Notes: a model not told the origin generated them from the sequence alone. A stretch of 64,000 nucleotides of DNA from Eledone cirrhosa (GCA_964016885.1 OZ024752.1:13950001-14014000); one strand, 5' to 3'; shown: positions 41,601 to 54,052, counted from the stretch's first letter. Numbers and translations are program-made.

Positions 41601-44600
41601 CAGCAAAGAAGCGGCCATGAAAGGTTAGGTAGGCTGTTCAGACAGCAAAGAAGCAGCCATGAAATGTTAGGTAGGCTGTTCAGACAGCAAAGAAGCAGCC
41701 ATGAAATGTTAGGTAGGCTGTTCAGACAGCAAATAAGGAGCCATGAAATGTTAGGTAGGCTGTTCAGACAGCAAAGAAGCGGCCATGAAATGTTAGGTAG
41801 GCTGCTCAGACAGCAAAGAAGCGGCCATGAAAGGTTAGGTAGGCTGTTCAGACAGCAAAGAAGCGGCCATGAAATGTTAGGTAGGCTGCTCAGACAGCAA
41901 AGAAGCGGACATGAAATGTTAGGTAGGCTGTTCAGACAGCAAAGAAGCAGCCATGAAATGTTAGGTAGGCTGTTCAGACAGCAAAGAAGCAGCCATGAAA
42001 TGTTAGGTAGGCTGTTCAGACAGCAAATAAGGAGCCATGAAATGTTAGGTAGGCTGTTCAGACAGCAAAGAAGCGGCCATGAAATGTTAGGTAGGCTGCT
42101 CAGACAGCAAAGAAGCGGCCATGAAAGGTTAGGTAGGCTGTTCAGACAGCAAAGAAGCGGCCATGAAATGTTAGGTAGGCTGCTCAGACAACAAAGAAGC
42201 GGCCATGAAAGGTTAGGTAGGCTGTTCAGACAGCAAAGAAGCAGCCATGAAATGTTAGGTAGGCTGTTCAGACAGCAAAGAAGCAGCCATGAAATGTTAG
42301 GTAGGCTGTTCAGACAGCAAATAAGGAGCCATGAAATGTTAGGTAGGCTGTTCAGACAGCAAAGAAGCGGCCATGAAATGTTAGGTAGGCTGTTCAGACA
42401 GCAAAGAAGCAGCCATGAAATGTTAGGTAGGCTGCTCAGACAGCAAAGAAGCGGCCATGAAAGGTTAGGTAGGCTGTTCAGACAGCAAAGAAGCGGCCAT
42501 GAAATGTTAGGTAGGCTGTTCAGACAGCAAAGAAGCAGCCATGAAATGTTAGGTAGGCTGTTCAGACAGCAAATAAGGAGCCATGAAATGTTAGGTAGGC
42601 TGTTCAGACAGCAAAGAAGCGGCCATGAAATGTTAGGTAGGCTGTTCAGACAGCAAAGAAGCGGACATGAAATGTTAGGTAGGCTGTTCAGACAGCAAAG
42701 AAGCGGACATGAAAGGTTAGGTAGGCTGTTCAGACAGCAAAGAAGCAGCCATGAAAGGTTAGGTAGGCTGTTCAGACAGCAAAGTAGCGGCCATGAAATG
42801 TTAGGTAGGCTGTTCAGACAGCAAAGAAGCGGACATGAAAGGTTAGGTAGGCTGTTCAGACAGCAAAGAAGCAGCCATGAAAGGTTAGGTAGGCTGTTCA
42901 GACAGCAAAGAAGCGGCCATGAAATGTTAGGTAGGCTGTTCAGACAGCAAAGAAGCGGCCATGAAATGTTAGGTAGGCTGTTCAGACAGCAAAGAAGCGG
43001 ACATGAAAGGTTAGGTAGGCTGTTCAGACAGCAAAGAAGCGGCCATGAAATGTTAGGTAGGCTGTTCAGACAGCAAAGAAGCGGCCATGAAATGTTAGGT
43101 AGGCTGCTCAGACAGCAAAGAAGCGGACATGAAAGGTTAGGTAGGCTGCTCAGACAGCAAAGAAGCGGCCATGAAATGTTAGGTAGGCTGCTCAGACAGC
43201 AAAGAAGCGGACATGAAAGGTTAGGTAGGCTGCTCAGACAGCAAAGAAGCGGCCATGAAATGTTAGGTAGGCTGTTCAGACAGCAAAGAAGCGGCCATGA
43301 AAGGTTAGGTAGGCTGCTCAGACAGCAAAGAAGCGGCCATGAAAGGTTAGGTAGGCTGCTCAGACAGCAAAGAAGCGGCCATGAAAGGTTAGGTAGGCTG
43401 TTCAGACAGCAAAGAAGCGGCCATGAAAGGTTAGGTAGGCTGCTCAGACAGCAAAGAAGCGGCCATGAAATGTTAGGTAGGCTGTTCAGACAGCAAAGAA
43501 GCAGCCATGAAAGGTTAGGTAGGCTGTTCAGACAGCAAAGAAGCGGCCATGAAAGGTTAGGTAGGCTGTTCAGACAGCAAAGAAGCAGCCATGAAATGTT
43601 AGGTAGGCTGTTCAGACAGCAAAGAAGCGGCCATGAAATGTTAGGTAGGCTGCTCAGACAGCAAAGAAGCGGCCATGAAAGGTTAGGTAGGCTGCTCAGA
43701 CAGCAAAGAAGCGGCCATGAAATGTTAGGTAGGCTGTTCAGACAGCAAAGAAGCGGCCATGAAATGTTAGGTAGGCTGTTCAGACAGCAAAGAAGCAGCC
43801 ATGAAATGTTAGGTAGGCTGTTCAGACAGCAAAGAAGCGGCCATGAAATGTTAGGTAGGCTGTTCAGACAGCAAAGAAGCGGCCATGAAATGTTAGGTAG
43901 GCTGTTCAGACAGCAAAGAAGCAGCCATGAAATGTTAGGTAGGCTGTTCAGACAGCAAAGAAGCAGCCATGAAATGTTAGGTAGGCTGTTCAGACAGCAA
44001 AGAAGCGGCCATGAAATGTTAGGTAGGCTGTTCAGACAGCAAAGAAGCGGCCATGAAATGTTAGGTAGGCTGTTCAGACAGCAAAGAAGCGGCCATGAAA
44101 TGTTAGGTAGGCTGTTCAGACAGCAAAGAAGCGGCCATGAAATGTTAGGTAGGCTGTTCAGACAGCAAAGAAGCAGCCATGAAATGTTAGGTAGGCTGTT
44201 CAGACAGCAAAGAAGCAGCCATGAAATGTTAGGTAGGCTGTTCAGACAGCAAAGAAGCGGCCATGAAATGTTAGGTAGGCTGTTCAGACAGCAAAGAAGC
44301 GGCCATGAAATGTTAGGTAGGCTGTTCAGACAGCAAAGAAGCAGCCATGAAATGTTAGGTAGGCTGTTCAGACAGCAAAGAAGCAGCCATGAAATGTTAG
44401 GTAGGCTGTTCAGACAGCAAAGAAGCGGCCATGAAATGTTAGGTAGGCTGTTCAGACAGCAAAGAAGCGGCCATGAAATGTTAGGTAGGCTGTTCAGACA
44501 GCAAAGAAGCAGCCATGAAATGTTAGGTAGGCTGTTCAGACAGCAAAGAAGCGGCCATGAAATGTTAGGTAGGCTGTTCAGACAGCAAAGAAGCGGCCAT

Positions 44601-47600
44601 GAAATGTTAGGTAGGCTGTTCAGACAGCAAAGAAGCGGCCATGAAATGTTAGGTAGGCTGTTCAGACAGCAAAGAAGCAGCCATGAAATGTTAGGTAGGC
44701 TGTTCAGACAGCAAAGAAGCGGCCATGAAATGTTAGGTAGGCTGTTCAGACAGCAAAGAAGCGGCCATGAAATGTTAGGTAGGCTGTTCAGACAGCAAAG
44801 AAGCGGCCATGAAATGTTAGGTAGGCTGTTCAGACAGCAAAGAAGCGGCCATGAAATGTTAGGTAGGCTGTTCAGACAGCAAAGAAGCGGCCATGAAATG
44901 TTAGGTAGGCTGTTCAGACAGCAAAGAAGCGGCCATGAAATGTTAGGTAGGCTGTTCAGACAGCAAAGAAGCGGCCATGAAATGTTAGGTAGGCTGTTCA
45001 GACAGCAAAGAAGCGGCCATGAAATGTTAGGTAGGCTGTTCAGACAGCAAAGAAGCGGCCATGAAATGTTAGGTAGGCTGTTCAGACAGCAAAGAAGCGG
45101 CCATGAAATGTTAGGTAGGCTGTTCAGACAGCAAAGAAGCTGCCATGAAATGTTAGGTAGGCTGTTCAGACAGCAAAGAAGCAGCCATGAAATGTTAGGT
45201 AGGCTGTTCAGACAGCAAATAAGGAGCCATGAAATGTTAGGTAGGCTGTTCAGACAGCAAAGAAGCGGCCATGAAATGTTAGGTAGGCTGCTCAGACAGC
45301 AAAGAAGCGGCCATGAAAGGTTAGGTAGGCTGTTCAGACAGCAAAGAAGCGGCCATGAAATGTTAGGTAGGCTGCTCAGACAGCAAAGAAGCGGCCATGA
45401 AAGGTTAGGTAGGCTGTTCAGACAGCAAAGAAGCAGCCATGAAATGTTAGGTAGGCTGTTCAGACAGCAAAGAAGCAGCCATGAAATGTTAGGTAGGCTG
45501 TTCAGACAGCAAATAAGGAGCCATGAAATGTTAGGTAGGCTGTTCAGACAGCAAAGAAGCGGCCATGAAATGTTAGGTAGGCTGCTCAGACAGCAAAGAA
45601 GCGGCCATGAAAGGTTAGGTAGGCTGTTCAGACAGCAAAGAAGCGGCCATGAAATGTTAGGTAGGCTGCTCAGACAGCAAAGAAGCGGACATGAAATGTT
45701 AGGTAGGCTGTTCAGACAGCAAAGAAGCAGCCATGAAATGTTAGGTAGGCTGTTCAGACAGCAAAGAAGCAGCCATGAAATGTTAGGTAGGCTGTTCAGA
45801 CAGCAAATAAGGAGCCATGAAATGTTAGGTAGGCTGTTCAGACAGCAAAGAAGCGGCCATGAAATGTTAGGTAGGCTGCTCAGACAGCAAAGAAGCGGCC
45901 ATGAAAGGTTAGGTAGGCTGTTCAGACAGCAAAGAAGCGGCCATGAAATGTTAGGTAGGCTGCTCAGACAACAAAGAAGCGGCCATGAAAGGTTAGGTAG
46001 GCTGTTCAGACAGCAAAGAAGCAGCCATGAAATGTTAGGTAGGCTGTTCAGACAGCAAAGAAGCAGCCATGAAATGTTAGGTAGGCTGTTCAGACAGCAA
46101 ATAAGGAGCCATGAAATGTTAGGTAGGCTGTTCAGACAGCAAAGAAGCGGCCATGAAATGTTAGGTAGGCTGTTCAGACAGCAAAGAAGCAGCCATGAAA
46201 TGTTAGGTAGGCTGCTCAGACAGCAAAGAAGCGGCCATGAAAGGTTAGGTAGGCTGTTCAGACAGCAAAGAAGCGGCCATGAAATGTTAGGTAGGCTGTT
46301 CAGACAGCAAAGAAGCAGCCATGAAATGTTAGGTAGGCTGTTCAGACAGCAAATAAGGAGCCATGAAATGTTAGGTAGGCTGTTCAGACAGCAAAGAAGC
46401 GGCCATGAAATGTTAGGTAGGCTGTTCAGACAGCAAAGAAGCAGCCATGAAATGTTAGGTAGGCTGCTCAGACAGCAAAGAAGCGGCCATGAAAGGTTAG
46501 GTAGGCTGTTCAGACAGCAAAGAAGCGGCCATGAAATGTTAGGTAGGCTGCTCAGACAGCAAAGAAGCGGCCATGAAAGGTTAGGTAGGCTGTTCAGACA
46601 GCAAAGAAGCGGCCATGAAATGTTAGGTAGGCTGTTCAGACAGCAAAGAAGCGGCCATGAAAGGTTAGGTAGGCTGTTCAGACAGCAAAGAAGCGGACAT
46701 GAAAGGTTAGGTAGGCTGTTCAGACAGCAAAGAAGCGGCCATGAAAGGTTAGGTAGGCTGTTCAGACAGCAAAGAAGCGGACATGAAATGTTAGGTAGGC
46801 TGTTCAGACAGCAAAGAAGCGGCCATGAAATGTTAGGTAGGCTGCTCAGACAGCAAAGAAGCGGCCATGAAAGGTTAGGTAGGCTGTTCAGACAGCAAAG
46901 AAGCGGACATGAAAGGTTAGGTAGGCTGTTCAGACAGCAAAGAAGCGGACATGAAATGTTAGGTAGGCTGTTCAGACAGCAAAGAAGCGGCCATGAAATG
47001 TTAGGTAGGCTGTTCAGACAGCAAATAAGGAGCCATGAAATGTTAGGTAGGCTGTTCAGACAGCAAAGAAGCGGCCATGAAATGTTAGGTAGGCTGCTCA
47101 GACAGCAAAGAAGCGGCCATGAAAGGTTAGGTAGGCTGTTCAGACAGCAAAGAAGCAGCCATGAAAGGTTAGGTAGGCTGTTCAGACAGCAAAGAAGCGG
47201 ACATGAAAGGTTAGGTAGGCTGTTCAGACAGCAAAGAAGCGGACATGAAAGGTTAGGTAGGCTGTTCAGACAGCAAAGAAGCGGACATGAAAGGTTAGGT
47301 AGGCTGTTCAGACAGCAAAGAAGCGGACATGAAAGGTTAGGTAGGCTGTTCAGACAGCAAAGAAGCAGCCATGAAAGGTTAGGTAGTCTGTTCAGACAGC
47401 AAAGAAGCGGACATGAAAGGTTAGGTAGGCTGTTCAGACAGCAAAGAAGCGGACATGAAATGTTAGGTAGGCTGTTCAGACAGCAAAGAAGCGGACATGA
47501 AATGTTAGGTAGGCTGTTCAGACAGCAAAGAAGCGGACATGAAAGGTTAGGTAGGCTGTTCAGACAGCAAAGAAGGAGCCATGAAAGGTTAGGTAGGCTG

Positions 47601-50484
47601 TTCAGACAGCAAAGAAGCAGACATGAAAGGTTAGGTAGGCTGTTCAGACAGCAAAGAAGCAGACATGAAAGGTTAGGTAGGCTGTTCAGACAGCAAAGAA
47701 GCGGACATGAAAGGTTAGGTAGGCTGTTCAGACAGCAAAGAAGCGGACATGAAAGGTTAGGTAGGCTGTTCAGACAGCAAAGAAGCGGACATGAAAGGTT
47801 AGGTAGGCTGTTCAGACAGCAAAGAAGGAGCCATGAAATGTTAGGTAGGCTGTTCAGACAGCAAAGAAGCGGACATGAAAGGTTAGGTAGGCTGTTCAGA
47901 CAGCAAAGAAGGAGCCATGAAATGTTAGGTAGGCTGTTCAGACAGCAAAGAAGCGGCCATGAAATGTTAGGTAGGCTGTTCAGACAGCAAATAAGGAGCC
48001 ATGAAATGTTAGGTAGGCTGTTCAGACAGCAAAGAAGCGGCCATGAAATGTTAGGTAGGCTGTTCAGACAGCAAAGAAGCGGCCATGAAAGGTTAGGTAG
48101 GCTGTTCAGACAGCAAAGAAGCGGACATGAAAGGTTAGGTAGGCTGTTCAGACAGCAAAGAAGCGGCCATGAAATGTTAGGTAGGCTGTTCAGACAGCAA
48201 AGAAGCGGACATGAAAGGTTAGGTAGGCTGTTCAGACAGCAAAGAAGCGGACATGAAAGGTTAGGTAGGCTGTTCAGACAGCAAAGAAGCGGCCATGAAA
48301 GGTTAGGTAGGCTGTTCAGACAGCAAAGAAGCGGCCATGAAAGGTTAGGTAGGCTGTTCAGACAGCAAAGAAGCGGCCATGAAATGTTAGGTAGGCTGTT
48401 CAGACAGCAAAGAAGCGGCCATGAAATGTTAGGTAGGCTGTTCAGACAGCAAAGAAGCGGACATGAAAGGTTAGGTAGGCTGTTCAGACAGCAAAGAAGC
48501 GGCCATGAAATGTTAGGTAGGCTGTTCAGACAGCAAAGAAGCGGCCATGAAATGTTAGGTAGGCTGTTCAGACAGCAAAGAAGCGGCCATGAAAGGTTAG
48601 GTAGGCTGTTCAGACAGCAAAGAAGCGGCCATGAAATGTTAGGTAGGCTGTTCAGACAGCAAAGAAGCGGCCATGAAATGTTAGGTAGGCTGTTCAGACA
48701 GCAAAGAAGCGGCCATGAAAGGTTAGGTAGGCTGTTCAGACAGCAAAGAAGCGGACATGAAAGGTTAGGTAGGCTGTTCAGACAGCAAAGAAGCGGCCAT
48801 GAAAGGTTAGGTAGGCTGTTCAGACAGCAAAGAAGCGGCCATGAAATGTTAGGTAGGCTGTTCAGACAGCAAATAAGGAGCCATGAAATGTTAGGTAGGC
48901 TGTTCAGACAGCAAAGAAGCGGACATGAACGGTTAGGTAGGCTGTTCAGACAGCAAAGAAGCGGACATGAAAGGTTAGGTAGGCTGTTCAGACAGCAAAG
49001 AAGCGGACATGAAAGGTTAGGTAGGCTGTTCAGACAGCAAAGAAGCGGCCATGAAATGTTAGGTAGGCTGTTCAGACAGCAAAGAAGCGGACATGAAAGG
49101 TTAGGTAGGCTGTTCAGACAGCAAAGAAGCGGACATGAAAGGTTAGGTAGGCTGCTCAGACAGCAAAGAAGCGGCCATGAAAGGTTAGGTAGGCTGTTCA
49201 GACAGCAAAGAAGCGGCCATGAAAGGTTAGGTAGGCTGTTCAGACAGCAAAGAAGCGGCCATGAAATGTTAGGTAGGCTGTTCAGACAGCAAATAAGGAG
49301 CCATGAAATGTTAGGTAGGCTGTTCAGACAGCAAAGAAGCGGACATGAAAGGTTAGGTAGGCTGTTCAGACAGCAAAGAAGCAGCCATGAAAGGTTAGGT
49401 AGGCTGTTCAGACAGCAAAGAAGCGGCCATGAAAGGTTAGGTAGGCTGTTCAGACAGCAAAGAAGCGGCCATGAAAGGTTAGGTAGGCTGTTCAGACAGC
49501 AAAGAAGCGGCCATGAAATGTTAGGTAGGCTGTTCAGACAGCAAATAAGGAGCCATGAAATGTTAGGTAGGCTGTTCAGACAGCAAAGAAACGGACATGA
49601 AAGGTTAGGTAGGCTGTTCAGACAGCAAAGAAGCAGCCATGAAAGGTTAGGTAGGCTGTTCAGACAGCAAAGAAGCGGCCATGAAAGGTTAGGTAGGCTG
49701 TTCAGACAGCAAAGAAGCGGCCATGAAAGGTTAGGTAGGCTGTTCAGACAGCAAATAAGGAGCCATGAAATGTTAGGTAGGCTGTTCAGACAGCAAAGAA
49801 GCAGCCATGAAAGGTTAGGTAGGCTGTTCAGACAGCAAAGAAGCGGCCATGAAAGGTTAGGTAGGCTGTTCAGACAGCAAAGAAGCGGCCATGAAAGGTT
49901 AGGTAGGCTGTTCAGACAGCAAAGAAGCGGCCATGAAATGTTAGGTAGGCTGTTCAGACAGCAAATAAGGAGCCATGAAATGTTAGGTAGGCTGTTCAGA
50001 CAGCAAAGAAGCGGACATGAAAGGTTAGGTAGGCTGTTCAGACAGCAAAGAAGCGGACATGAAAGGTTAGGTAGGCTGTTCAGACAGCAAAGAAGCGGAC
50101 ATGAAAGGTTAGGTAGGCTGTTCAGACAGCAAAGAAGCGGCCATGAAATGTTAGGTAGGCTGTTCAGACAGCAAATAAGGAGCCATGAAAGGTTAGGTAG
50201 GCTGTTCAGACAGCAAAGAAGCGGCCATGAAATGTTAGGTAGGCTGTTCAGACAGCAAAGAAGCGGCCATGAAATGTTAGGTAGGCTGTTCAGACAGCAA
50301 ATAAGGAGCCATGAAATGTTAGGTAGGCTGTTCAGACAGCAAATAAGGAGCCATGAAATGTTAGGTAGGCTGTTCAGACAGCAAATAAGGAGCCATGAAA
50401 GGTTAGGTAGTCTGTTCAGACAGCAAAGAAGCAGCCATGAAAGGTTAGGTAGGCTGTTCAGACAGCAAAGCAGCAGCCATGAAA
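8653..50484. repeat. 42-bp tandem satellite/minisatellite, 996 units
   Basis: Consensus (G/T)GTTAGGTAGGCTGTTCAGACAGCAAAGAAGC(G/A)G(A/C)CATGAAA. Length 41832 = 996 x 42, and the register is preserved end to end (unit starts at 8821 and 50401 are in phase). Confidence 0.99.
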
Positions 50485-50532
50485 AACTGCAAATGGTAAA
50501 TGAATGAAAAACCACAACGCAGAAAGAAAGAA

Positions 50533-50626
50533 GAATAATTATTTCTACTTTAGGCACAAGGCCAGCAATTATCCCAGGGAATAACTGATACTTTGTTTTA
50601 TCGACCCCGTAAGGATGAAAGGCAAT
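50533..50626 (-). mobile_element. tRNA-derived SINE, 3' half
   Basis: tttctactttaggcacaaggccagcaatt...tttatcgaccccgtaaggatgaaaggcaa matches the other copies. Confidence 0.85.
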
Positions 50627-50761
50627 GATAATAAATCGTGTTTCGCAGTCGAACATATATTCTTCAGATACAGGTGGCTTTCTGTTGTTTAGAAGAGACA
50701 ATTTAGTATGTGCTTCTTTAAACCTGTTTGTGGACGACCACAGAAGCAGCAGCATTATCTC

Positions 50762-50933
50762 TCACATACATACGTACATTCATACACACACACCCACATA
50801 CATACATACGTACATACGTATGTACATACGTACGTACGTACGTACGTACATACATACGTACATTCACACCCACACCCACATACATATGTACATTCACACA
50901 CACGTACATACATACATACATACATACATACAT
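50762..50933. repeat. (TACA)n/(TACG)n microsatellite, probable LINE tail
   Basis: Direct reading; adjoins the 3' end of the minus-strand LINE fragment. Confidence 0.9.
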
Positions 50934-51150
50934 CTAGGGTGGGTAAAATTCCCGAGATCCATGGACGAGTTCTCTCCTGCGGTCTCTGTCCCTCGTCATC
51001 GCTGCCATGTCCTACGTCTCTAAGAGACGACTGTCTGTCCTTAGGGCATCAACATATGTCAAGCTCGGTCTCCCTCTTCCAGTGTGTCCATGCAGGGGCT
51101 CCCACAGGAGCACTGAGTGCAGTGTCAACTCTGGATGTCGGTTCTGCAAA
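50934..51150 (-). mobile_element. RTE-group LINE 3' fragment, decayed
   Basis: Manual translation RHPELTLHSVLLWEPLHGHTGRGRPSLTYVDALRTD...AMTRDRD with an internal stop; matches the RTE C-terminal G.R.RGRP...D...DR pattern. Confidence 0.75.
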
Positions 51151-51438
51151 CTCTACTAAGAGTATTGATGGCTGCAAACTCTACTAAGAGTATTGCAATC
51201 GCTTGTCAGATTATCGAAACTGATGCACTTTTAGGCTAAGGTCAGCCACACGAACCTGTAACAGATCCTAAACAAGCAATGCCTTAGGTTTTATTTTAGT
51301 GCTTTTCACATCCTGCATAACTGCAAACGAAATACTTCTTCACAAACAGCAGACGACACATTAATCCATAACAGCAATGAACATACATACGTACGTACAT
51401 GCGTACATATATACATACATAATGGCTGCAACTCGATT

Positions 51439-51572
51439 TCGAGTAATACCATCGCTTGATACTTAATCATGAGCATCATGGCCGTGGCCTTGTAGTCCTG
51501 CTAAAGACTTGCCTATGGTCACAATACCATGCATCGCAACAGATGTCACATATCAAGCGATGCTATACTTGA
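51439..51572. mobile_element. Possible MITE with terminal inverted repeats
   Basis: catcgcttgata (51450-51461) and tatcaagcgatg (51551-51562) are perfect inverted repeats, extendable imperfectly to ~22 bp. Confidence 0.5.
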
Positions 51573-53571
51573 AGCTTTTTTAAGTGAGGAAAGGCTTTGC
51601 ACGCGTCCAATCCCATTCTCTAAATATCGAATGCATTTACCCCAAAAGTAGAACTGGTTTACGTCTTTGGATACAAACGAAGTCGCAGGTTTTACGTCAG
51701 TTGCCTTCTTCTAGAGAGATGTCTTAATGTAGACTAGGAGTCCCTCGTTCCTCAAAAACATACTTTATTGGCTGGACGTTGACTCTCCTGATTTCCTCTG
51801 CCCTTCAACGGGTTTTGTTTTTCATCCCATAGGGTATCTAATATCACCTTCCTTACCAAGCAAGTTTTGTGGGGTTGCCGGTCGAATCTCATACGAATCT
51901 CATATGTAACCCGTTGTACTGGGTTACATATTACCAGTAGCGTTGAATAGCATACATACAACATACATACGCACGTACATAGCATTTAGACGTGTTTTCT
52001 GTTCGTACTTTTTATGTGTGTAATGGAGACAGTGAGAATAATTCTAATTCATAATTCACGAAAATATAAAAAAAAAATATTGACCCTGTGTGTGATGATG
52101 TCATTTCTAGATTATATTAAAGCTAGAGACAGTTTATATAGCCCCCCCCCCCATATACACAGTGCAGATAGGCATATCAATATTACGGTATTATTATAGA
52201 TATAGCGTTTACATCAGCATATATGGTAGCTATTTAATAGAGAATTTGAACATAGAAACACATTGAACTATTCTCTTCCGCATAATTGTTAGATTCATTG
52301 AGGTACAATGCACGCACTGTATTTTCTCCTACTTTTTATTATTTTCTTAAATATGATTAATATACATCTCTTCAGAATGACATATTGTAACATATGATAA
52401 AAAACGCAAATATCTGCTGATGAAATTATCATTGGTATACTCTTTTGTTTAGAGGTCACGTGTAATCTCGTCACTTATATCTGTTTCGTCACGCGTTAAC
52501 ACAACTTGTCATTTGTTTAACGTAATCACGTCCTCACCTCTCCCCTTTCTCTCTAGTTGTCTGTTCTCATTTCTCATTACTATTCTTTAAGTACAAGCTT
52601 CTTTCACCTTAAATTGACACCTTTTGTTTTCGCTTACATGAAACGTGTAACCCATACAAATATAGTTATGTGTATACACACATACACTTATATATCATCT
52701 TTTATATTGTTTATTTATCGCCGCTAGATATTTCAAAGTTTTATAAATAATGTTCTTCTTTCATTGGAATCGAATTTTAACTTGTTAAAAATATACATTA
52801 GTGACACTTTAATTCAATTGACTTCGAATGCAATTACAAGTGATGGATGTAAGAGAACGGTGTTCTCCGTGTTAATTAAACTGATAGTAACAAGAAAATA
52901 TAAACCTAAAGACAACTGGTTATAAGCTACGTTAACGATTTGATGCATGAATTGTACAATAATCTCAGAACACCCAAATAGAAAACCAGTATCCATTATA
53001 GACACACACTTCAATTATATCAACCCACATTTCACAAATATAATGGAAATACAACTAATAATAGACATTGAATTAACAACACGTACATCATATATTTTCA
53101 GAGATTGAACAGTAATTTTATAGAATGTTGTGAAATAAGAATTGCTCGATAAGACAGTGGGGTGAAAGTAATTTATATTGTGTGTATGTAGTATTCAATC
53201 ATTCTCCAATGAACTTAGAAGACAACATTTTTTAATATTTAGTTTGCTTGGCAACGTGATGATTTCTGCACGGGGTTTTCGCTCTGTTGGACATGTCAGA
53301 TTTAATAAAGAATTTCGCATTCATTTCATCGATGAATGTCTAATAGAATTAACACTGAAAACCTATTTTACATAATAATGTTGTTCATGATGATGATGAT
53401 GATGATATCGATGAAAAACAACTGATCGACATATCTTACCAATAAAAAAAGGAACACATTCTGGAAACAAAAGGAAACCTTACACTAACCATGTCAGCAA
53501 AATTTGCATGATAACACTCTTTGAAATATGTGAGTGATAGCTTTTAGGGGTACAATGTATTTGACGCCAAA

Positions 53572-53735
53572 TAATTATTTCTGGCACAAGGCCAGTAATT
53601 TTAGGGAAGGGGAAAGTCGATTAAATAGACCCCAGTACGTTACTGGTTCTTTATTTTATCGACCTCAGTGCACTACTGGTATTTTATTTAATCGACCCCG
53701 AAAAGCAAAGTTAACCTCGACGGGATTTGAACTCA
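53572..53735 (-). mobile_element. tRNA-derived SINE, related subfamily, partial, with internal duplication
   Basis: ggcacaaggccagtaattttaggg...two copies of cagt..actggt..ttattt.atcgacc...aaagttaacctcgacgggatttgaactca. Confidence 0.8.
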
Positions 53736-53759
53736 TTTAACTCCAAATAATGCCACGCG

Positions 53760-53976
53760 ACACAACCCCCGCCACAACCCCCATAAAAACCTCCACCACA
53801 ACCCCCACCACACATGAAAACATGCACACCCATACACACATACAAACATGCATGCAGACACATCCAAACACGTGCACTCATGCACAAACACATACACACG
53901 CTCATAAACACACATACATGCACGCACATACATTCACGCACGCACACAAACACACACATACACACACACACACACA
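53760..53976. repeat. Degenerate (CA)n-rich simple repeat
   Basis: Direct reading. Confidence 0.85.
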
Positions 53977-54052
53977 TGTTCAGGAATATTAGCAAAGAAG
54001 AAAAGAACGAAACAAAATAAGTAAAAGAATAACATGACATTTGCAGACACAC

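Noticed and set aside
8653-50484. CRISPR array
   Set aside because: Units are head to tail with no unique spacers, there are no cas genes, and the context is eukaryotic.
486-50484. PLE reverse transcriptase and the satellite as one functional RT-plus-array system
   Set aside because: They are over 6 kb apart, separated by unrelated repeats, share no sequence, and the PLE is truncated and disrupted. Proximity is expected in such repeat-dense DNA.
8627-50755. Annotating the giant ORFs as CDS (LRR-like, Cys-rich or neuropeptide-precursor-like)
   Set aside because: The 14-aa period does not fit the LRR consensus, no signal peptide or unique domain is evident, the variant spectrum looks neutral, and the N-terminus crosses a SINE. 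Kept only as a testable finding.
51145-51195. Duplicated tgcaaactctactaagagtattg as a TSD
   Set aside because: The two copies are only a few bases apart; this is a local tandem duplication with no element between them.
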